Below are positions 7,871-16,662 of a stretch of DNA of 64,000 nucleotides, piece after piece. The stretch lies in the NCBI GenBank assembly GCA_965242565.1, contig OZ251457.1, positions 1,935,863 through 1,999,862 of the forward strand. The letters are read 5' to 3'. Numbering within the stretch: position 1 is the stretch's first letter; the number at the start of each line of letters is the position of its first letter. The translations under genes were made by a program, and so were the position numbers. The notes beneath the pieces are model-generated. The model had not been told where the DNA came from. It searched no databases and was given only the letters and a program-made list of their open reading frames with translations. The stretch is from Dehalococcoidia bacterium. GTDB taxonomy: Bacteria; Chloroflexota; Dehalococcoidia; Bin125.

Positions 7871-8980
7871 CTATCGCAACAGCGCCCGCCCGACCGCCTC
7901 GGCGACCAGCTCGGGCGCACGCGCCATCGCCTCCTCTACGGGCATCCCCGATGGCGTGGACTGCTCGCCGGACGTCAGGCCCGGCAGCCGCCCGTCGCCC
8001 TCGATCAGACCGCAGACGGCGATGCACGGCTTGCCCGCCGCCTGCGCCAGCAGCGCCACCCCGGCGACCGACTTGCCCCATGCAGATTGCGTGTCCAGCC
8101 GCCCCTCCCCAGTCAGCACCAAATCCGACCGTGCGACCCGCTCGGCCAGCCCGATTGCGTTCGCCACCGCGTCGAAGCCGGAAACGAGTAGCGCCCCGCA
8201 AAACGCGGACAGCCCCGCGGCCAGCCCGCCCGCCGCGCCCCCGCCCGGCAGTTCCGCGATACGCACGCCCAGATCGCGCTCCACGATCCCCGCGTAGTTG
8301 GCCAGCGCGCGATCCAGGTCCGCCACCGCCGCCGCACCCGCGCCCTTCTGCGGCCCGTAGACCGCGCTCGCGCCGTCCGGCCCGATGAGCGGATTCTGCA
8401 CATCGCAGAGCACCGCGATTTCCGTCGCGGCGAGGCGCGAGTCCAATGCCGAGACATCGATCCGCGCCAGCCGCGCCAGCGCCGCGCCGCCAGGCGCGAG
8501 CGGACGCCCCACGTCGTCGAAGAACCGCGCGCCCAGCGCTGCCGCCGCGCCCGCTCCGCCGTCATTCGTCGCGCTGCCGCCCACCCCAATCAGCATCCGC
8601 TCCACCCGCGCCTCCAGCGCGTGCCCGATCAGCTCGCCCACGCCGTGCGTGGAGGCGCGGCGCGGATCCAGCTGCTCCGCACCCAGCAGCGTCAGCCCGG
8701 CCGCCGCCGCCATCTCGATTACCGCCGTGCGACCGTCGTCGATCCGCCCCCAACGCGCGTCAACCGGCGCGCCCAGCGGTCCGGAAACGCGGGCGATCGA
8801 GGTGCGCCCCCGCGCCGCCCGCACGATCGCCTCCACCGTGCCCGGCCCGCCGTCGGCGATCGGCGCGAGATCGAGCTCCGCGGCGGGATGCGCGCTGTGC
8901 GCGGCGTCGGCGAAACAGTCCGTCGCCTCCACCGCCGTCAGGCTGCCCTTGAACTCCTGCGGCGCGATGAGAATCCGCAT
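7871..8980 (-). CDS. glxK: Glycerate kinase
   Basis: MRILIAPQEFKGSLTAVEA... N-terminus, a Gly-rich nucleotide loop, and length 369 aa are typical of GlxK/GarK. Confidence 0.85.
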   Translation of the reverse strand: MRILIAPQEFKGSLTAVEATDCFADAAHSAHPAAELDLAPIADGGPGTVEAIVRAARGRTSIARVSGPLGAPVDARWGRIDDGRTAVIEMAAAAGLTLLGAEQLDPRRASTHGVGELIGHALEARVERMLIGVGGSATNDGGAGAAAALGARFFDDVGRPLAPGGAALARLARIDVSALDSRLAATEIAVLCDVQNPLIGPDGASAVYGPQKGAGAAAVADLDRALANYAGIVERDLGVRIAELPGGGAAGGLAAGLSAFCGALLVSGFDAVANAIGLAERVARSDLVLTGEGRLDTQSAWGKSVAGVALLAQAAGKPCIAVCGLIEGDGRLPGLTSGEQSTPSGMPVEEAMARAPELVAEAVGRALLR

Positions 8981-8996
8981 ACCGACCTCCCGGCGC

Positions 8997-9173
8997 TCAG
9001 CCGAGACCGAGGATGCGGATCCCGCCGATCACGATGATCGCCGCCGCCCAAAGCAGCGCCACCAGCCGAATGCGGCGGTAGAGCGACGTAATCCCGCCCA
9101 GCTTGATGTAGCCGCCCGCCCACAACACGGAGAGCACCAGCACCGCCACCACGAAGATCAGCCCCGCGCTCAT
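8997..9173 (-). CDS. Small hypothetical membrane protein (58 aa)
   Basis: MSAGLIFVVAVLVLSVLWAGGYIKLGGITSLYRRIRLVALLWAAAIIVIGGIRILGLG has two TM helices. It is absent from the ORF track because it is under 60 aa. Confidence 0.3.
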   Translation of the reverse strand: MSAGLIFVVAVLVLSVLWAGGYIKLGGITSLYRRIRLVALLWAAAIIVIGGIRILGLG

Positions 9174-9271
9174 ACCACCCCATCCTACCCGTCGGCCGGT
9201 GCGTGCCGCCGCGCTTGCCTCAACCCCGCATGCTGGCTAGCTTGCGCGTCGCGGGTGCGAACGGCGGCGGC

Positions 9272-12200
9272 ATGATCCACATCACCACGGAACGAGCCCG
9301 CCGCCTGATCGCGCTGGCGATGCTCTGCGCGCTGGCGGCGGTCGTCGCCCTCGCCCTCTCCGGACGCACGGATCCGCTCTATCGGCTGGTCGGCGCGGTT
9401 GACGCGCACGCCTCCGTGACCGTGACAGCCGAAGACGCCGCCGCAATCACCATCCCGCCCAACCCCGACGACGCGGGCGCCGCGATCAGCGCGCGCGTCG
9501 TGCCGCAGCAGGAGCTGCCGCCCGCGCCGGCGCAGTTCCCGGACTACCTGGGGGCGTGGGAGTTCAGCATTGAGGGCGGCATCGATGGTGCGGCGACGCT
9601 GCGCGCGCCGGCACCCGATGTGGACGGCGCATGGACTGTGGTTGTCTGGGTCGACGGCGAGTGGCAGCTCACACCGTTCGCCGTCGAGGGCGGAACGATC
9701 GTCGCTCCGCTCGTACCGCCCGACCTCAATCTCGGGCGGATTAGCCGATGGGCTGGCGCCGTCGTAGGGTGCTTCGGCGATCCGATCAAGTGCGCCGGGG
9801 ACCTGGCGGGCGTCGCGTCCGATTGCATCGCAAACGTCGCGAAATGCACAGTCGCCAGGATCACGGCGCATTGGGAACTGACCAACGCCTTCTGGGAAGC
9901 CGCCGTTGAGGGCACCCGGATCGTGGTCGGTGAGGACTCGGTCGTCTACTCCATCGTCAAAGGTTCAGTTGGCACACTCGTCGAGATCAGCGATGCAGCG
10001 AAAGAGAAGTTCAGGGAGGCCACGACCGATCTGCTGAGCTTCGTGTTAGGCCAGCCTACGCCGATCCGCTGCCGACCCGATGACCGATCGATTATCTACA
10101 CGCCGAGTGCCTGGCAGGAGGTGCTCGACGGCTGCGCCCAGCAGACCTCCGACGGCTCGCTGCTGCGGGTCAAGAACATGCGCCGCTTCTGGGTGCAAGT
10201 CTGCCCCTCCAACACGCGCAATGTCGAGCGACGCGGCGCATTCGATCTTTTCGGTCCGCTCTCCAACTGCCGCGGCGTTGAGGGCGGCACAATGCTCGGC
10301 CCGAGCGCCGAAGCCGCCTGGGATGCTGACGACAACGCCGCGCTCAACGTCAACGCCTACTTCACGCCCCGCGCCGCCCTGATCACGCTCACCGACTGGA
10401 TCCTCTCCGCCGTGGGCATCGGCGACTTCGGCGGCAAGGTCGGCATGCTGCTCAGCGTGCTCGAGTCGCTGCGCTCGATCGACGAAGTCCAGAACGTCAT
10501 CCAGGCGGTCGAGCAGGGCCGGATCGCGGATGCCTTCGAGCGCTTCGCCGCATTGATCCGCAACGAAGTCGCCCGCGGGCGCGTGATCGAACTGCTGGCC
10601 AAATCCGGGATCGTCCAGACACTCGGCGTACATCTCTCGGCCGACGCAATCAAGGCCGCCGTTGGTTGGGCCGCAGTGGTTGAGCTGAGTCTTGATGTCG
10701 CCAACCTTGCAACCCTCCGAACCCGCTCCAACGGCTACGCCGGCTCCGTCTCGTTCCGTTCGCTTCGCGCCGCGACTCCACGCGCCGAACAGGTGCGGCA
10801 GGCGGGCGGCGAAATGGAGCGCGTCGAGCAAACGCGCCGCGCCAGCGACCGCACCGCTGTCGAACCGCCCACCACCGAGCGCGCCGCGCCCGATCACGTG
10901 CTGATCCGGGAGGTTGGCACAATCGACGTCTTCCTCACCCGAATCGCCGCCGGCAAACGCTTCAAGCGCCTGCTGCTCAACCCGGCGGTCTTCGAGAGCT
11001 ACGGCTTCGACTGGCAGTCGGTGCGCGATGTGAGCGCCGAGGAAATTGGCCGCTGGGCGCACAGCAGCCTCGTACGGCTGGAAGGCGATTACCGGGTCTG
11101 GCAGCTCTTCCCCGACGGCGACGAAGGCGAGCGGCGCTGGCTCGACATCACCGCCGAACAGTTCGTCGCAGCCGGCTTCGACTGGGACTCCGTGGCGGAG
11201 ATCAACCGCACCGAGTTCGAGGCCTACGACGAAGGCCGCCCGGTCACCGCCGCCGAACTCGGCCTGGCCGGCGCGCCGCCCACCGCCGGCGGCGCGCTGC
11301 GGTTCGTCGCCGATGTCGGCGACCGCACCCTCACCATCGGGGAGCACTCCGGCAATGTCATCCTCCCCGCGGCCGTCGGCGGTCGCGCGCCCTACACCTA
11401 CCGGCTCTCGCCGCCCTCCGGGATGAGCTTCAACCCCGCAACGCGCCGGTTCGGCGGCATCCCCAACGGGCCCGCCGGCGATCACACGCTCAGCTACCGC
11501 GCAACCGACGGCGTCGGAAATGAGGTTCGCGCCGATTTCGCCATCTCCATCGTCTCAGACTTGCAGCGCGATCCGTCTCCTTCGGCGGGTGGCAGTCGCG
11601 CGCAAGCAGTCACGGTCGGTGATCATCATGCCTGCGCGCTGCTCGACTCGGGCGCGATCGAGTGCTGGGGACGCAACTACTACGGCCAGGCGGACGCGCC
11701 GGGCGGGTCGTTCAGCGCCGTCAGCGCGGGCGGGAGGCACACCTGCGGGCTGCGCACGAGCGGCGCGGTCGAGTGCTGGGGAGACAACTACTACGGCCAG
11801 GCGGACGCGCCGGGCGGGTCGTTCAGCGCCGTTAGCGCGGGCGACTGGCACACCTGCGGGCTGCGCACGAGCGGCGCGGTTGAGTGCTGGGGAAACAACG
11901 ACTCCGGCCAGGCGGACGCGCCGGGCGGGTCGTTCAACGCCGTCAGCGCGGGCGAGTGGCACACCTGCGGGCTGCGCGCGAGCGGCGCGGTCGAGTGCTG
12001 GGGATGGAACCGCTACGGCCGGACGGACGCGCCGGGCGGGTCGTTCAGCGCCGTTAGCGCGGGCGGGTTGCACACCTGCGGGCTGCGCGCGAACGGTGAG
12101 ATCGAGTGCTGGGGATGGAACGACGATGGCCAGACGAACGCGCCGGGCGGAGCGTTCAGCGCCGTCAGCGCGGGCGGGAGCCACACCTGCGGGCTGCGCA

Positions 12201-13306
12201 CCAGCGGCGCGATCGAGTGCTGGGGATACAACGGCTCCGGCCAGGCGGACGCGCCGGGCGGGTCGTTCAGCGCCGTCAGCGCAGGCGGGGACCACACCTG
12301 CGGGCTGCGCGCGAGCGGCGCGATCGAGTGCTGGGGAGACAACGACGACGGCCAGACGGACGCGCCGGGCGGGTCGTTCAACGCCGTCAGCGCGGGTTGG
12401 TGGCACACCTGCGGGCTGCGCACGAGCGGCGCGGTCGAGTGCTGGGGAGACAACTACTACGGCCAGGCGGACGCGCCGGGCGGGTCGTTCAGCGCCGTCA
12501 GCGCGGGCGCGAACCACACCTGCGGGCTGCGCGCGAGCGGCGCGATCGAGTGCTGGGGGGACAACGGCTCCGGCCGGGCGGACGCGCCGGGCGGGTCGTT
12601 CAGCGCCGTCAGCGCGGGCGTGTTCCACACCTGCGGGCTGCGCACGAGCGGCGCGGTCGAGTGCTGGGGAGCCAACCGCTACGGCCAGGCGGACGCGCCG
12701 GGCGGGTCGTTCAGCGCCGTCAGCGCGGGCGAGTGGCACACCTGCGGGCTGCGCGCGAGCGGCGTGATCGAGTGCTGGGGCTACACGTTCGACGGCCAGG
12801 CGCAGCCGCCGGCGGGCAGACACACCGCGATCAGCTCCGGCGCCCACCACGCCTGCGCGCTGAGCGAGGACGGAACCGTCGCCTGCTGGATGATCTACAA
12901 CGGCGCGGCCGATGTCCCCGCCTGGCTGCGCGGAGTGGAGAGCGCCGACGGCGCGATACAGGCGTTCGAGACCGAGCCGGCGCGCGGGCGGATCATCGCC
13001 CGCCGCCTGCCGGATGGCCGCACTGAGTTCGGCTGGCTGCCCGTGGGCGCGGACGATCGCATTCTGCCGCGCTCCCGCTACTTCCCCACCGATGCGCAGC
13101 CCACCCGCTGGCTGCGCTCCAGCCCGATCGAGGTGAGCGGCATCGTGATCGGCCGGATCAGCGCCCGCCTGCTCGCCGACGGGCGAATCGAATTCGCCTT
13201 CACCCCGACCAGCGGCGAGCGCATTCTGCCGCCCTCGCGCTTCTTCCCGGCGGACGCGGCAGTCGGCCGCTGGCTGCGCAGCACGGAGATCGAGCTCAGC
13301 CGCTAG
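9272..13306 (+). CDS. Large secreted RCC1-repeat (beta-propeller-like) protein, paralog of 37604-41381
   Basis: Signal peptide (MIHITTERARRLIALAMLCALAAVVALALSG). Central domain shared with the paralog. About 11 tandem 37-aa repeats GGSFSAVSAGxxHTCGLRxSGAxECWGxNxxGQADAP. Two C-terminal about 50-aa repeats (GRIIARRLPDGRTEFGWLP...RWLRSSPIEVSG). Alternative start at 9203 or 9230. Confidence 0.65.
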   Translation: MIHITTERARRLIALAMLCALAAVVALALSGRTDPLYRLVGAVDAHASVTVTAEDAAAITIPPNPDDAGAAISARVVPQQELPPAPAQFPDYLGAWEFSIEGGIDGAATLRAPAPDVDGAWTVVVWVDGEWQLTPFAVEGGTIVAPLVPPDLNLGRISRWAGAVVGCFGDPIKCAGDLAGVASDCIANVAKCTVARITAHWELTNAFWEAAVEGTRIVVGEDSVVYSIVKGSVGTLVEISDAAKEKFREATTDLLSFVLGQPTPIRCRPDDRSIIYTPSAWQEVLDGCAQQTSDGSLLRVKNMRRFWVQVCPSNTRNVERRGAFDLFGPLSNCRGVEGGTMLGPSAEAAWDADDNAALNVNAYFTPRAALITLTDWILSAVGIGDFGGKVGMLLSVLESLRSIDEVQNVIQAVEQGRIADAFERFAALIRNEVARGRVIELLAKSGIVQTLGVHLSADAIKAAVGWAAVVELSLDVANLATLRTRSNGYAGSVSFRSLRAATPRAEQVRQAGGEMERVEQTRRASDRTAVEPPTTERAAPDHVLIREVGTIDVFLTRIAAGKRFKRLLLNPAVFESYGFDWQSVRDVSAEEIGRWAHSSLVRLEGDYRVWQLFPDGDEGERRWLDITAEQFVAAGFDWDSVAEINRTEFEAYDEGRPVTAAELGLAGAPPTAGGALRFVADVGDRTLTIGEHSGNVILPAAVGGRAPYTYRLSPPSGMSFNPATRRFGGIPNGPAGDHTLSYRATDGVGNEVRADFAISIVSDLQRDPSPSAGGSRAQAVTVGDHHACALLDSGAIECWGRNYYGQADAPGGSFSAVSAGGRHTCGLRTSGAVECWGDNYYGQADAPGGSFSAVSAGDWHTCGLRTSGAVECWGNNDSGQADAPGGSFNAVSAGEWHTCGLRASGAVECWGWNRYGRTDAPGGSFSAVSAGGLHTCGLRANGEIECWGWNDDGQTNAPGGAFSAVSAGGSHTCGLRTSGAIECWGYNGSGQADAPGGSFSAVSAGGDHTCGLRASGAIECWGDNDDGQTDAPGGSFNAVSAGWWHTCGLRTSGAVECWGDNYYGQADAPGGSFSAVSAGANHTCGLRASGAIECWGDNGSGRADAPGGSFSAVSAGVFHTCGLRTSGAVECWGANRYGQADAPGGSFSAVSAGEWHTCGLRASGVIECWGYTFDGQAQPPAGRHTAISSGAHHACALSEDGTVACWMIYNGAADVPAWLRGVESADGAIQAFETEPARGRIIARRLPDGRTEFGWLPVGADDRILPRSRYFPTDAQPTRWLRSSPIEVSGIVIGRISARLLADGRIEFAFTPTSGERILPPSRFFPADAAVGRWLRSTEIELSR
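11580..12790. repeat. Intragenic tandem repeat, period 111 nt x about 11 (encodes the RCC1-like 37-aa units)
   Basis: Near-identical units (...ggcgggtcgttcagcgccgtcagcgcgggcg...cacacctgcgggctgcgc...gagtgctgggg...). They are coding repeats, not a CRISPR array. Confidence 0.8.
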
Positions 13307-13344
13307 ACTGCGCACAAGCCGCGCAGCAGCTGAGAGGGCGCAAC

Positions 13345-14520
<1,176 letters not shown>

Positions 14521-14583
14521 CGCGCCCACCGCCGACGGAACCTTCGCGCGCCTCGCAGCGTTAAGGCGGGCAGGAGGTCCGAC

Positions 14584-16449
14584 ATGCGTTCATTCGTCAT
14601 CCGCCGTCGCAATGCGTTCACCGCGCTGGCGCTGGCCGCGCTCTGCGCCGCAGCGCTGATCCCGCCCCTCGCGCTCTCGCAAGGCCGCCAGGGCTGCAAC
14701 GACCTGCTCGCCTACTACCGCGAAGCCGCGCGCGCGCCGCAGATCTACTACGAAGAGGCCGTCGAGGAAGAGGAAGCAGCGGTGGCGGATGAGACGGAAG
14801 AGGCGGATTTCGGCTTTGCAGAAGACGCGATGTCAGGCGACGGTGCGATGCCGGCGAACGACGGTTTCGCCCTCCCGCAGTCAGACGGCGGCCCGCCCGC
14901 TGACCTTGGCGAGCGCTCCGAAACCGGCACCAACGTGCAGGTCGCCGGCGTTGACGAATCCGACATCGTCAAGACCAACGGCTCCGAAATCTTCGTCCTG
15001 CGCGACGACTCCCTGGTCGTCGTCTCCGTGCGAGAGGACCCGCCGCAGGTCATCGGCGGGCTGGCTCTCGACCGCGACGCGTCGACTTCTGCCGGCGAGC
15101 CGCGCGAAATGCTGTTGGCCGGTGAGCGCCTGCTGATCTTCCGCAACGTGATCTACGACAGCCGCTTCTGGTCGCAGCCGGGCGTGCAGATCATGGAAGT
15201 GGACGTGAGCGATCCGGCGAGCCCTCGCGCGCTGCGCACGCTCGACGCCTACGGCGAGTTTGTCACCGCGCGGTTGGCCGGCTCCGGCGTGCGAGTCGTG
15301 ATGAGCCACGACGGCGCCGACAGCCCCACGCTCACACCGCGGCCGGGCGAGACATGGGAGCAGCGGATCCGGCGGAGCGGACTCTCCACCTGGCTGCCCC
15401 TCTACACCCTGACCGATCGTGAAGGAGCGCGGAGCTGGGGCCTGCTCACCCCCTGCGACGCGGTGCAAATGCCGGCGACCGAGGACCGGCGCTACGGCAA
15501 CACGGAGACCACGCTGCTACTCAGCTTCAACCTCGCCGAAGGCATCGCCGACTGGAACGCGGCCGGCTTCGTCGGCTCGACCGACGCCGTCTACGCCGGC
15601 TCCAACTCGCTCTACATCGCCTCCTCGTTCGGCGGCTGGATCCCCAACACGCGCATTCACCGCTGGGACACGCCGCCCGGCGGCGCACCCGTCTACCAGG
15701 GCACCGCGGAGGTCGAGGGCTGGCTGATCAACCAGTTCGCAATGAGCGAATACCGCGGCAGGCTGCGCGTCGCCACCACCATCGAGGGCTCTTGGCCAAT
15801 CAGCAGCCGACTCACGATCTTCGACATCGGCGATGACGGCCTGACCGAACTCTCGAAGCTGGACGGGCTGGGCCCGTCCGAGCGGATCTACGCCGTCCGT
15901 TTCCTCGGCGAGCTCGGCTACGTCGTCACCTTCCGTCTGATCGACCCGCTCTACGTGCTCGATCTCTCCGATCCCGAAAACCCCGCCGTCGCCGGCGAGC
16001 TCAAAATCCCCGGCTTCTCTTCCTACCTGCACCCGCTCGGCGGCGGCCTGCTGCTCGGCGTGGGCCAGAACGCCGACCCGCACACCGGACAGCCGCTCGG
16101 ACTACAGGTCTCGCTCTTCGACGTCTCCGATCCCGCCGAACCGACGCGCCTGGACCAGGTCGATCTCTCGGCGGGTTCGCGCAACGTGACATTCGAGCAC
16201 CGCGCCTTCACCTACCACCAGGGCCGCGCCTACATCCCCGCCTCGCCCACCAACGACCTCTTCGCCGTGCGCGTCACGTCCGAAGCCCTGGAACTCGAAC
16301 GCCAAATCACCGCCCAGGACGAAGTGCTGCGCAGCCTGCCCGTCGGCGACCGCCTGCACCTCCTGCTCGAAGGTTCGCTCGCCACCCACGACCTGGCCAC
16401 CCTCGACCTGCTCAGCGGCGTCTACCTCGTCTCGCCGAGCAGCCGTTGA
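14584..16449 (+). CDS. Secreted beta-propeller domain protein (Beta_propel-like family)
   Basis: Signal peptide MRSFVIRRRNAFTALALAALCAAALIPPLALS. C-terminal motifs IYAVRFLGELGYVVTFRLIDPLYVLDLSDPENP...LGVGQNAD are typical of the 'beta propeller domain' family. Confidence 0.5.
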   Translation: MRSFVIRRRNAFTALALAALCAAALIPPLALSQGRQGCNDLLAYYREAARAPQIYYEEAVEEEEAAVADETEEADFGFAEDAMSGDGAMPANDGFALPQSDGGPPADLGERSETGTNVQVAGVDESDIVKTNGSEIFVLRDDSLVVVSVREDPPQVIGGLALDRDASTSAGEPREMLLAGERLLIFRNVIYDSRFWSQPGVQIMEVDVSDPASPRALRTLDAYGEFVTARLAGSGVRVVMSHDGADSPTLTPRPGETWEQRIRRSGLSTWLPLYTLTDREGARSWGLLTPCDAVQMPATEDRRYGNTETTLLLSFNLAEGIADWNAAGFVGSTDAVYAGSNSLYIASSFGGWIPNTRIHRWDTPPGGAPVYQGTAEVEGWLINQFAMSEYRGRLRVATTIEGSWPISSRLTIFDIGDDGLTELSKLDGLGPSERIYAVRFLGELGYVVTFRLIDPLYVLDLSDPENPAVAGELKIPGFSSYLHPLGGGLLLGVGQNADPHTGQPLGLQVSLFDVSDPAEPTRLDQVDLSAGSRNVTFEHRAFTYHQGRAYIPASPTNDLFAVRVTSEALELERQITAQDEVLRSLPVGDRLHLLLEGSLATHDLATLDLLSGVYLVSPSSR

Positions 16450-16477
16450 GGAAGCCCTCCGGCCTGTTCACATCTCC

Positions 16478-16600
16478 CGCCACACCCGCCGCCGCCTTCC
16501 GTCATTCCCGCCCCCGAGCGGGAATCGGCCCCGAACCCGCCTCCGCCGCCCCTTTCGCCGCAACGGCACACCCCACCAAGCCCGCCCAACTTGATAAGCG
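16478..16600. repeat. Repeat cluster ('ccttccgtcattcccgcccccgagcgggaatcggcccc' plus a degenerate 'cccaacttgataagcgcaaacgcagc' module)
   Basis: Same family as 300-560. Confidence 0.55.
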
Positions 16601-16662
16601 CAAACGCAGCCGGCGCGGACACCGGCGGCTCATATACTGCGGCAAGTGGACGGGAGACTTCG

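Noticed and set aside
11580-12790. Possible CRISPR array (regular direct repeats)
   Set aside because: The whole 111-nt unit repeats, so there are no unique spacers. The units lie inside an ORF and encode a conserved protein repeat. No cas genes nearby.
11520-13315. Alternate-frame ORFs (415 aa plus strand; 586 aa minus strand) across the tandem repeat region
   Set aside because: Periodic low-complexity translations (TRRAGRSAPSARA...) are generated by reading the 111-nt repeats out of frame. The RCC1-like frame is the coherent one.
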